Below, one piece after another: positions 25,655 through 37,359 of a DNA stretch of 64,000 nt (position 1 is the stretch's first letter; each line of letters begins with the position of its first letter). The stretch spans positions 19,468,001 to 19,532,000 of the forward strand of contig NC_092400.1 of NCBI RefSeq assembly GCF_030028105.1, read 5' to 3'. The DNA comes from Mobula birostris (Eukaryota). The position numbers and the translations under genes are program-made. The notes under the pieces are model-generated. The model was given only the letters and a program-made list of their open reading frames with translations, was not told where the DNA came from and ran no database searches.

Positions 25655-26749
25655 TAGTGGATTCCGGTTAATTGGAACACATCAGGACTAGTCCATTCTG
25701 GCCTAATTAAGTGCCTGTCCCATTTAGCTGAAATTTCACGTAAATAGTTAAAAAGGTATAAAAATGCAAACTGCTAAGCAACAAATTATGTATTTAAATG
25801 AAATAGAGAACAAATTAAAATGATATCAATACTACTGGTGGCTGTCCGTCGTATCCAACAGTAACAGAAAACGTGCCGGATAATTTTTTTAAAGTGGAAA
25901 AGCTGTTGTACTGGGATAATTCCATTCTCTCGACCTCAGAGGTCTAGGTCCAGTGGTACAAGTAGCCGTCACAACTGGGGTCTTCCTTAGTTGTGGATGA
26001 CTTTTGACATTTTCTGTGCTTCGTCATGCCCTTCGCTTTCCAAGTAGTGTTGCAGAACAACATTCCTGACCATTGCATCTCACTGTAGATCTCGTCTGGT
26101 AAGTACACCAGAGCTGACTCGGCATACTAGGACCAGCACGTCCCCGTCTCGCTGGGGTATGTGACCCACCGGCTCACCTCGCCTGGTTCAGCCTGCCTGT
26201 TGAAACGGTGTATGTGGTGAGGCATGCAAAACAGCTACCTGCAGTCATAGGTTGAGAGCCGAGTGTCCATTGGGGACTAAAGGTAACATTCAAGATGATT
26301 GCCAATACAGTACCTTCAAATCCTCTGTAGGTCCTAACTTGTTGAAGTAGTGAAATAGTTTTACTTTCCCTCCCAGCTGTTTTTGGCATTTCCAAGTTTG
26401 AATGCTTAAAACCACAGTGGGCGAAACAGTTCCGAATTGGCTTACTGCTTAGTTCTTGCCAACTGTCAGGGATAAAAATTCCTGCATTTTGAACACAAAC
26501 ACACCAACTGATACTATTTAAAAATTGCTCGCTCTAGGCATGGTGTTATGTCTAATGGCCACACAAGTGCACGTGCCCGACGCCAGTTAGAACCTGTCGG
26601 GCAAGTCTCCTGACCCAATTAAGCAGCATCATGTTCCAAATAAACAAAGGGAATCCCAGCTATTTGCTCAATTAATTTTTTTCTTCAAGAGTTGCCCCAA
26701 ATAAGTAGCTGCCCTGATGACCAATGGCCCAGTTAACCGGAATCCACTG
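25655..26749. mobile_element. Tigger/pogo-like non-autonomous DNA transposon with a nested insertion (about 25836-26275)
   Basis: TIRs (T/C)AGTGGATTCCGGTTAATTGG...CCAGTTAACCGGAATCCACTG followed by TA; homologous to 47833-49448. Confidence 0.75.
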
Positions 26750-27852
26750 TACTATGAAATGTACAAGCTATTGTGTAGTTCCACTCCCCCAAAAGGTACT
26801 GAATTAGAAGGTAGAAAAATACTAAGAATATAGTCAATCTGGTATCTAATCATATTCAGCAATTTTAAAGAAAATTTTCCCCAAACATTAATCCTACCTT
26901 TGTAAATTATAATCTTAATTATTCACTGAATTTAATATTGTCAAATATTCTCATAGTTTGCAACATGCATATTGATAAGGGAAAGATTTGATTTGCACAC
27001 AGTCTCAAATTATGCTACATATTAACTTTTGAGGTATCTAGTGCTTTTGCATTAATATCCAGGGCAGGTTTCCCTTTTCTTGTCATAGGATTGTTTGATG
27101 CAGAATGGCTTCTGATATAGAGCCCTTCGTTATAAATAGCTTGCATTCTTAGAAAAGTGTTTTGCTAAATGAAAATTCAAAGCTGAAAAGACATTTACAA
27201 TTAATCTCAATATAAAAATTTGGTTGCATTCCAGAGGTCCAAAAATTAAAGCAAAGCAGAATACATTAACAAAAGTATCTGAAATAAATTATATCTGAAG
27301 ATAAAATATACCAATTTAATCCTTTTGAGGGACTCAGCAAATGATATACAAGATCCAGTGGGATCTTGACAGCATAAACATTCTCCATTTTTGGAGAATC
27401 AAGAACATCCAAGACAGAAGTGAGACATTTTTTTCGAGTGAGTCATAAAATTTCTCAAAAGGCTAGTGGAAACATAATCGTTATTGGGGCACATTCTTTA
27501 ACAGCAAGGTTATTTCAAGTGGGAAGGAATACAGAATTGAGATAGCAATATCAGCCGTGATCTTATTAGATAGTGGAGAAAGCTCGAAGCTTGTGGTCTA
27601 TTCTTGTGCCTCATATGTTGGCTTTACGTATAGAAGGTGGAGGGGGGAGAGGAGGAGCGGGCTTATCACAGGTGAAGATGATCCTGGTGAACTTAATGGT
27701 GCTGGCACAAAGGTGGGCATTCTTCCTGTGACTGTTCCTGGGTGGTTGATGAATAAGCTTTAAGGAAGGGCATTGGGGTAGCTCTCTTTGTCTGCTGAAG
27801 CTCTTTACGGCAAAGCAGAGCTCAACATTTTACACAGTATGGCAAGCTATAG

Positions 27853-28616
27853 CAGATTCAGATGTGTTTATTGTTCATCACGTGTATATCCAAACATAAC
27901 AGTAAAATGAATGCCTCGTTTCTGTTACCCAACACAATCCAAGGATGTGCTGGGTGCACCACGTACTCTGACGCCAACATAACATGTTTGCTGAAATACA
28001 CAAGCAGCAACAGCAAAACAAGCCGCTTTCCCTCCTCACACTGACCCACCCATGCACACACATATACGGACAGTCTTCTAGCCCCAGGATGGGCAGTCTC
28101 TGGGCCTGCAGCAGATTCGTATACTCAGAGACATTGGGCCTGGGCTTCAAACTTCAGATTTTGTCGATGAGGTCCCAAGCTCCATTCCTCGATCTCTGGA
28201 CTTACTGATGACAGGACCTCAAACACCAGGACTGGAGCTCCAGTCTCACTGACTCGCGTTCCGGGGTGGGGGGCGAGGGGACCAGTCCTTGTGCCTCCTA
28301 CCTTCTATCTGACCCTGGAGCTCACTAACCTGGGGAGAGGGGAGGGGGTGCCTCATCCTCACTGGTCTGCCAGCCCGACATCGAAGCACAGACATCCTTT
28401 GTCACACATCCATGTCGCTGGCTTTCAAATACAGAGTGAAAAGCCTAGACTTAGGCCTGACGTCTAACTGCCCTACATCCCCATCCCTAAACATTAAGCT
28501 GACCCTTAACTCTCCTCTCTGTCCCCAAAATCAGCACTACAAACCTAAAAAAAATCAATCAAGTCTGAGTCATGACCTTGACGGAGACCACAGCTAGCTG
28601 CCATCTTGATTGGAAG
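27853..28616 (-). mobile_element. Non-coding LINE-derived non-autonomous element
   Basis: 5' CTTCCAATCAAGATGGC head; Rex-like 3' end with AATAAA and a TCTGAA tail; no ORF of substance. Confidence 0.5.
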
Positions 28617-28749
28617 GTTGACTGGAAAAGAAAGCACTGTATTTCACATTAGGGCTGTTATCTTTCAAGGTGTTAGCTACTTTCCCTTTATACTAAGGGA
28701 TTGGTTGGGGCAGAATTTGTTAGGTGTGTCCAGAACATTTTTGGATAAT

Positions 28750-29300
28750 TAGATGTAGGATTTTAGTTCTAGATAGACCTGTTAAGGAGCTACTTCTGAC
28801 CTCTCCTTAGGAAAGGAGGCTGGGTGACTGGCTGATGTGTCAGTGGGGTAACATTTTGGGACCGGTAACCATATTTTTTTTTCAATGAAGTCATGAAGAA
28901 GGTTGAACTGACTCTCACGTTGAATTCCTAAATTGGGGCAAGGCTAATTCTGATGGCATTGGAGAGGTACGTCTGGCAAGTGGGAAGTTTATTAAAGCAA
29001 AATAGGAAGAGTTCAGATCCAGCATGTCCCCGTTAGACTGGAGTGAGTAGCAAGCCTCCAAGATGAAGAAACCCTAATCAGCAAGGGATAAAAAGACATG
29101 TCAGGTATAGGCAGCAGTGATCAAGCAAGTCCTTTGATGTAAGAGTACACTTAAAAAGGAAATTAGGAGGTCAAACAGAGAACACAAGATATCCCTGGCA
29201 AATACAGTAAAGGACAATCGTAAAAGATTCTGTAACTATATTAAGAGCAAAAGGGTAATTAAGGAGAGAGTGGGTTCCCTCAAGGAATAGTTTGATAATC
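28750..29300 (+). mobile_element. Degenerate CR1 ORF2 fragment
   Basis: Decayed endonuclease/linker sequence (LNWGKAN, FCNYIKSKR-like). Confidence 0.55.
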
Positions 29301-32300
29301 TATGTGTGTCATACTTAGGAGTTCCACCGGACGTCCTTGACATTACTAAGCCACAAGGATCTGGGGCCCCATGCTTAATGTATTGGACTCATTTGTCACA
29401 GAGATCCTTGGGCCTTTACAAGAGGCAGCACTCAGTATCGTTCAGATCTGATAAAATACTACAGATTAAAACTCTCCTTGGGATACAGCTGTTACCAGAC
29501 AATAGAACATCCGGGCCACGGAAATTGCTCCTAATCATCATCTTCTGAGAGGAACTGTTCTAAGTGCAGATACTCCCCCGATTATGCAAGGTCTCATCAG
29601 GAACGCTGTCAGCTGTGATTGCAAATGTTAAATAGTTACAGGTTAGTACAAATCTTGATTAAATTTTAGATCTTAAGCAGACCTTAGAATATTAATTAGT
29701 ACAGATCTGTACTACAGGATCCAAAGCACACTGGATCACAGGACTTGACCTATGGAGCAGAGTGTTTCAAACCACAGTGTGATACTAAGCTTACATATAC
29801 TCTATATACCTGGCAAATTACATAAAGGAGCTGTGGACATCACAACTATAAAAGAATGAGCATATCGATAACCTATGTTATAGTGTTTTAATCTGAACAT
29901 TAACGATTGGGTAATTTTAAAAGTACCCCTTATTTGCTGTAAATATAAGGTTAGCTCTGTCACATGTATATTGAAACAAACAGTGAAAGGCATTGTGTGC
30001 ATCAGATCAAATCAGCGAGTATTACACTGGGCAGCCCAAAAATGTGGCCACGATTCCGGCGCCAACATAGCATGCCCATAACTCACTAACCCTGGAAGAA
30101 ACTGGAGCGCCTGGAGGAAACCCATGCAATCATGGGGAGGATGTACAAACCCCTTACAGACAGCAGTGGGAACTTTTCCCCGATCTTACAGCCAGTGTTA
30201 CTGCTACTCTGCTGTCTCACCCTTTGCTAAAATTGTATCATGTTAGAACCATAATTCAAGTTAACATTCCAGTAAAAGTTGGGAATACTCAAATCAAGGC
30301 AGTATACTTGAGAAACAAAATCTATGGGACAGACCAATTTTGGCAAGTTCTCTGGTTTTATGTTCATAGAAAAGTGTGTTTTTTCCTCATACGGTGGCCT
30401 TCTGCTTGGATGCTCAATGCCAGTGCATCAGTGTGGATCAGCACAATACAGTGAGAATAGCGCTTCTCCCAGCAAAAGCCAACAGCACTCATAAAATGGT
30501 CTTGACTAGATGATCAACTTCAACACCCAACACACATCAACTGTAAAAGTGGTCAATGAACTTGAAACTTTATGAATATCTACCACATTCAAAAACACTA
30601 CAAAATATTAAATAACAAAAAACAAAAATAAATTCACATATCAAAAAATTAAATATAAAGTAATGAATTGAAGTTAAATTACGAAGTTCTACTTACTATT
30701 TCACTGCTACCCTTTTTCCCTGATCTCAATGGAATTGGAGCTGTGAATTGTTAGTACACGTTGCTGGACTAGGTGTGTATGGAAACCCATAGCAGCTTGG
30801 AAGGTAGGCTGAGGCAAGCACGTGGCAATGAAAGACCTCAGGAGGGAAGCATAGTTAAGTTGTGGTAAAGGCACAGGCATGAGGGGCAATGATCTCTCCC
30901 AATGGTCAACTGACTTCCTTTTTTAAAAAAAGTTTTAGAATCTGAATGTTCCCAATTATTTTGTTTCCTTTTACATTTCCAGCATCTGTTGTGCTTTGTT
31001 TGGTCATTTTGGATATTTTAAACAGGAAGCAAAATGCTTTACTCTTACATCATTCTTCTCTTTGCTCTGCCATCCCTGCTGATGAAGTGTGTCATTAACA
31101 AAACCACCAGAATCACAATGGTTGGAGGCTGTAGGAAGACTATTTGGCCTGTAAAGCTGGACTAGCTCTGTGCAAGAACAATTCTCCTTTGAAATCCTAC
31201 TGCAGGTAGGAAGTTCATCAGTTTGGGTTCATCTACATTGAATATCTCTATCTGATTCACATGCAATCTCCTCAGTTCCAAGGAAAACCATCTCATTTTC
31301 TCCACACAATCATGGATCCTCGTTTGGATGATTCTCAGCGATGGGGAAAGTCTTAGAAACAATTACAGTGCCAAATAAGAGTGAGAAAGTTGAAGCCAAA
31401 TAACCACCTAATTTTGAATTCATGATGGAGTAACAGAAGGCAAGTAAGTTTCTTCTGTATTATCTCAAAGGGCTTTTCATTGGAGACTTGCCCAAGAAAC
31501 TATGGTTTCTCGATTGTTGCACTTGATAAATGGCAGGATCTTAGGTTCATTCTAAATCTGCCTTGCCAGCTTCAACAATGTGCAAATACCCCCATCTCTT
31601 CTTATACCCCTTTAGAATTGCATCCTCTTCATTTCTTCTTGCAACATTTAACTTTTTCCAGCAATGAAAGTTTTGTCTCCTTCTATATCCTTTCTACCAG
31701 CCTGTTTATATTTTCTTGAATATTACTATCCTCCTGTCAATTCACTACACCTCAAAATTTTTTACATCATGTGAAAACTTGGAAATTGTATCTTGTCAGA
31801 CCAATACTGTTACCAATTCCTGGGGAACTCAGCTGTTCACTTTCCTACACTGCCCATAGGAAACTCGACTGGTACTTATCCAAGTCTTCTATCCTTACAG
31901 TCCCTTTCATTCTATAGCCTTCAAACTTGATAAGCTTATTAAGTGGTATCTTATCAAATGCCTTCTGGAAGTGCAGATGAACGAGATGCAATTCCTTCAG
32001 CTGCCTTCTGTTACTTCATCACGAATTCAAAATTAAGTGATTATTTGACTTCAACTAATCTATACTTTCTCACTCTTGATTTCTAATTTGGCACTGTAAT
32101 GCTTCTAAAACTTTCCCCATCACTGAGAATAAACTGAATGGTCTTTAGTTGCAGGGTTTTACCAAAACTCAGGCACCACCCACAACACAAGGAGAAAGAG
32201 TAAGCTGCTCGGTCCTCATGGACACACTTCACAGTTACAAAAGATCACGGCTTATCATCTATTCAACATTGTCCAATTCTGTCCCCAGCTCTACAGCCTT

Positions 32301-34612
32301 TGAGGAAAGGGAACCCCATTCACACACACTTCCCTCCTTATAACACTGCTACTCATTCTCAGTTTCCCCTTTTGTTTCCTTACCCAGTTCTGCACTGGCC
32401 TGTCATTGAGATGTGGGAGAAAACGAGAACACCCAGTGGAAGCCATGTTGTCACAGGGAGAATGTACAAATTTCACAGACAGCATCCAACCATCATGACT
32501 GAACCCAGATCCTTGGAGTTGTGAGGCAGCGATACTAAGTGCACCACTAAGCTGACCATCAATAATAAAGTCTAACAACCAATTTACCTTCCTCATTGTC
32601 TACACGTTGGCGTAGAGATCCCCAATCCCTTTGAGCATCTGCATATCCCAGTTTCTTCAGTTAAGGAATATGCTGCATTCCGGTGTTTACTTTGCATTAG
32701 ACATACAACTCACTCGCTACAATATCCTCACCCGACTTCTTCAGCATTACTCACATAGCTTCATGTCCTCAGCAGACTTGGTCCCCTTTAGCATAAAATT
32801 GATACAGATTGTCAAAGGTTGTGGCACACACACACTAATCCCTGCAGTACTTCACAAATCACAGCCTGTCAACCAGAACCCTTTTATTACCATTCTACAT
32901 CTTCCATCTGTTCACCCATTGTTAGATTGTCTTCAATTCCATACAAGCTAACCTTGCTCTCCATCCTCCTGTAAGGGGCTTTAAAAGGTCTTCTGAGAAT
33001 CTAATTAACCACATGCATGGTCGTCCCTCATCTACCGTATTAGATCCACCCTTAACCCAACAGCTCTCTTGTCAAAATGGAATGCATCCCATCTGATCAA
33101 TGAGACGCAGATAGCTTTCCTGTTATCTTGTCTCAAGTACCCTTTCAGAATCTCAATGACTTTTTCCTGAGACTACATTAATCATCATCAAAGAGGTAAC
33201 TAATGCTGCAGTGTTCATTTGTTACCATGGCTACATCTTCTATCTCCATGAATACATTTCCTTTTTAATCTCTGAGGAGACCCATCTTCCTTGTGGAAAT
33301 GTTCTTTACTTGTAGTAACAAAATTACATTTTTTGTCTGCAACAAAATGGAACCCGTATTCTTCCAGAGCGCTTTGCTACTAGCATTAATGCAATATTAT
33401 GCTGATGAAACCACAGTCCTTAACTGCAGACCAGTGGATTCCGTTGTCGTAAGAATGCCAAGGACACTGATCAAGTAGACAAACAGAATACATTCCATCC
33501 TTGAGCTGAAGTAGAGCAGCTGTACATGCATATAAAGGGAGTGGCTATACTGTATTTTATTTTGAAGCTATCACCGGCTCTTATGTGGTGCTCATCTTCC
33601 CTTGCAGCAAACAATATTGATTCACTTTGAGTTAATTGTTGATTGTCGTAAGCCATTCAAAAAGATACTCAGCACTGTTCTGTGGCTACATGTCAATTTT
33701 TACGTATACTGATCACTTATGTATACTGCTGTTTTATCATAATACACTTCCTTTCTTCCTTCCCTCTACAGCATGACATCTGGCAACAGCCTTGAATAAA
33801 GTAGAGGGAGATAAACTAGAAGTTTATGCTCAGTAAGCAGTGTCAAATATGTGAAAAATAAAGTTCTGTAGAGTTAGTTATGCAAGTTTTTTTTCTAGAC
33901 TAGTCAGGGAATGCAACATGATGACTGTTTTCAGAGACATACAAAGTAATTGATAATGAAGTGGCAGGAGCGGGATTAAATATGTCAGGTTGATTTAAGG
34001 TCCTGTGTGTGTAAAAAAGGGGAAATCGGAATATCTCAAGAGGTCTATCACAGTTAAGATAGATGTGCTGTATGCAAACAACAGGGACAGGCATAGGTGA
34101 CAGTAACAATCAATTTCTTTGGATAAGGAAATAGCAAGCATTTGAGAAGGACAAACAGCCAAGAGACACCTTTGTCACACAGACCAAAGTGCGATTATTT
34201 TCCCCCTCACAATTCACCAGCAAATTAACTAATGGCACTGGCTGCTGCTGAAGGCCAGCACTGCATGTCCCATAAATAAATGCTTTATAAATGAAGAGAA
34301 ACTTGCGTATTACATTAAAAAAAATTGTTATTAAGACATGCCTGTAAAACACACGTACACCCGATTTCTTTAATAATGAAAGTTTAAACAATCCATTTAA
34401 AATTCCATACAAATCTAAAGTTAATACATGCACTGTCATTTAATCTGAATTTAAAAGTGAAAACAGAGGTGTTCTCTGCTGGTTATTGACCCAAGGTATT
34501 CCATAGTAGTACTGAGGATCAGCTAGCACTTGTAGATTTGTGTAACAGTCATCTCATGCACAAAGTGCTGTAAACTAGTCGTAAGGCTATTCCAATAAGC
34601 TTACAACTATTC

Positions 34613-35167
34613 TTATCCAAAATGAGACCCAGTTGGGTGCAACGTGTCCCCTCTGTCCAACTGGTCCTGCAGCTGTACAAGTACGTCCAGTTCTCTTTCA
34701 ACTCGCTCTGTCTTGTGGCTGACTAACGACCGGTAAAAGTGAACAGCAAATAGGATAAAAATTATTCCAGAAGGTACCATAATTGCTGTGGATGTAATAG
34801 CCGCTGCTTTTCCGGGCGATATCGATGTCGAATTATCTTTCGTAGAATCCACAGGAGTCTTCTTTAATGGAAGAAATTTAACCCAACACAGTAGCACGAC
34901 TTCAGCGAGGAAAAGAAAGGTCCCAATCACCGTGGAGAAAGCCCACGCAAGTTCAATATGCCTGTGCATACGCTCGTGGGGCGACTCGTGGACAGAGTTG
35001 AGGTTGTGGACGTTGCTAACGGCCTCGATATTGGGAAGAATACAAGTGCTAATCATGAGAGCAAAAAGGTGTACTGCAACCAGTACTGTCGTACAGGCAC
35101 TGAAAGCAATCAAGAGACCTTGTGGGTAATCCTGCCCCGATTCAAGCTGTACCTCCACCATGGCTAC
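34613..35167 (-). CDS. ORAI1: ORAI1 coding exon 2 (VAMVEVQ...TM2-TM4...GSHFG*)
   Basis: Acceptor tttttAG at 35169-35168; ORF 34613..35161; Orai1-type residues ([18 protein letters not shown] rather than the Orai2-type HPY/GFSTVLG); total 222 aa. Confidence 0.96.
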   Translation of the reverse strand, partial: VAMVEVQLESGQDYPQGLLIAFSACTTVLVAVHLFALMISTCILPNIEAVSNVHNLNSVHESPHERMHRHIELAWAFSTVIGTFLFLAEVVLLCWVKFLPLKKTPVDSTKDNSTSISPGKAAAITSTAIMVPSGIIFILFAVHFYRSLVSHKTERVERELDVLVQLQDQLDRGDTLHPTGSHFG

Positions 35168-35669
35168 CTAAAAAAAGAAAACAAGACAATTACTTGGAGT
35201 ACAGGAGTTAACATTCTGGAACCTGTTTCTGTGCTGTACAACTTCATGATTCCTGAGCCTCTTTGTGTGACGTGTAAAATTTAAAATTTTCAAGTCAAAT
35301 CCTCAACTCTCTACAGTTCACTGTGTAGTAGTCTCTAATTAAAATACCCCTGCTTCTCCCAGTTTACGAGTCCTGCCCAAGATCTTTAGTGTCCCTATCA
35401 GAGAAACGTATACAGTGGCCCTATTTCTCCCAACAAACTGCCAAAATTATCCCAGTTTTCAATATTGCACTTGGAACTGTAGTTTTGTTTCTCTCTCATT
35501 TTCCTTTCTGGAATTTTAAAACTTTAACACTGTGCCTGCATCAGCAAATGGCAAACAACGGGACGATAATCAAATCCATTTGTGCTCATTCCAATGCAGT
35601 TCTCCCGATTAAAAGGATTTAATGCCAGTGTTCACAATTATGGAGACTCTTGATAGAATAATAGCATGG

Positions 35670-35935
35670 GGTGGCACGGTGGCATGGTGGTTAGCGCTCG
35701 GCTTTACAATACCAGCGACCCGGGTTCAATTCCCACCACTGCCTGTAAGGAGTTTGTACCTTCTCCCCGTGGCCGCATGGGTGCTCTGGCCTTCTCCCGT
35801 TATCCAAAAATGTTCCGGTTAGTAATTTGTAAACTGCCCCGTGATTAGGCTACGAATAAATCGAGGGTTGTTGGGCAGCGTGGCTCGAAGTGTTGGAAGA
35901 GCCTATTCCATGCTGCATGTTATTAAAAAATAACA
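35670..35935 (+). mobile_element. tRNA-derived V-domain SINE (HE1-like)
   Basis: A box TGGCATGGTGG, B box GGTTCAATTCC, core GGAGTTTGTACCTTCTCCCCGTG; related reverse copies near 30090, 32410, 47310 and 55220. Confidence 0.75.
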
Positions 35936-35957
35936 AATAAGTAGACAAATGGTAATG

Positions 35958-36401
35958 GGTTCAAAGGTTCCATTTAATACCAGAGAATGTATGCAGTATA
36001 CAACCTGAAATTCTTACCCTTCACAGGCATCTACAAAACAAAAACCAGAAAGAATGAATGATCGAAATATCAAAGCCTCCCATCGCTCAAGCAGGAGCAG
36101 AATCGACCTCACCCCCACATAGCAAAGCACCGCAAAGAGACCTTGATCCAGAGATCATTAAAGACTAGCCCATAACCCAGCTCTTCAGCATCTCAGACAG
36201 TCTCTCTCTCTTGCTATCGAGGGAGAGAGAAGTCGCTCCTGCAACAATGAGGGCGGAGACCAGCAGCTCCCTATCCTGATGTTACAATTTTCCGCATCGC
36301 GTCTCCAAGCACCCTTCCCCACCCTCGTCTTGAGAACCGACAGGCTCTCACTCTGCATCAAAAGAGACAGCGATTGCCTGAGTACGGGTGGGTCATCTTC
36401 C
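35958..36401 (-). mobile_element. Non-coding LINE-derived non-autonomous element
   Basis: Rex-like 3' end at about 35958-36030; GGAAGATGAC head at about 36401. Confidence 0.4.
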
Positions 36402-36998
36402 GACAGCAGCCGGTGATCAGCAATTAGCAGGGTGCAAGTATAGATAAAATTAACATTTTGTTAACTATATATATTACATGCAATTGTGTTCTATGAAATA
36501 TCATACAAGCAGGATCAGAACATGGAATTATGATGTTGTGGCCATTACAGAGACTTGGTTCTCACAAGGGCTGCACTGGCTGTTTGATATTGCAGGGTCT
36601 GGAGATTGCAAAGGAGATAGGAAGGTTGGTTTAAAAAAAGGGTGGAGGACTGCATTGCTAATCACAGAGAATATATCACAGCTGCAGAAACAGGACATCT
36701 GCTGAGTCAGTGTGGGTGGAAGTCAGAAACAGGAAGGGAACAACTACTCTGTTTGGAGTATTCTATAACCTCCCCCAACAGCCTTGGGAAACTGAGGTGC
36801 AAATAAGGCAGCAGATTTTTGAAAGGTGCAAAAGGTTTAGAAGGGGCTGCGTTTGTTAGGTGTGCCCAGGAAGGATTCCTGACACAAACAAGAGAAAATC
36901 TGCACATGTTTGGACATCCAAGCTACACACACATACACACACACACACAAAATAGTGAAGGAACTCAGCAGGCCAGGCAGCATCTATGGAAACGAGTA

Positions 36999-37036
36999 CA
37001 GTCGACATTTCGGGCTGAGATTCTTCATCAGGACTG
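36999..37036 (-). ncRNA. Hammerhead motif, core intact, weakened stems II/III
   Basis: CAGTC-CTGATGA-A-GAATCTCAGCCC-GAAAT-GTC-GACTG. Confidence 0.55.
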
Positions 37037-37163
37037 GGAAAAAAAGATGAGGAGTCAAGAGTAAGGAAGTGGGGAGAGGAAGGAACACAAGGTGATAGGG
37101 AAAGACCTTTGAGGAAGTGAAGTAAAGATCTGGGAAGTTGATTAGTGAAAGAGATACAGGCTG

Positions 37164-37359
37164 CAGAAGGGGGAATCTAATAGGAGAGGACAGAGAGGGG
37201 AAGCTAATAGGAGAGGACAGAAGGGGGAATCCAATAGGAGAGGACAGAAGGGGGAATCTAATAGGAGAGGACAGAAGGGGGAATGCAATAGGAGAGGACA
37301 GAAGGGGGGATGCAATAGGAGAGGACAGAAGGGGGGATGCAATAGGAGAGGACAGAAGG
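37164..37359. repeat. 27-bp minisatellite, 7 copies (CAGAAGGGGGAATCTAATAGGAGAGGA)
   Basis: Direct reading; produces the LLSSPIAFP and IGEDRRG repeats in the ORF track. Confidence 0.95.

Noticed and set aside
29442-29541. C/D box snoRNA-like spacing on the minus strand (ATGATGA...CTGA)
   Set aside because: No convincing terminal stem, no rRNA-complementary guide recognised, and not within an identified intron
34788-35284. Plus-strand ORFs overlapping ORAI1 exon 2
   Set aside because: Antisense shadow ORFs of a real coding exon
35670-35735. tRNA gene
   Set aside because: A/B boxes are present but there is no full cloverleaf, and the sequence continues into a SINE core
37164-37359. CRISPR-like array or repeat protein (ORFs 36984..37451, 37138..37401)
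   Set aside because: Units are contiguous with no unique spacers, there are no cas genes and the context is eukaryotic; the ORFs are by-products of a 27-bp (multiple of 3) repeat
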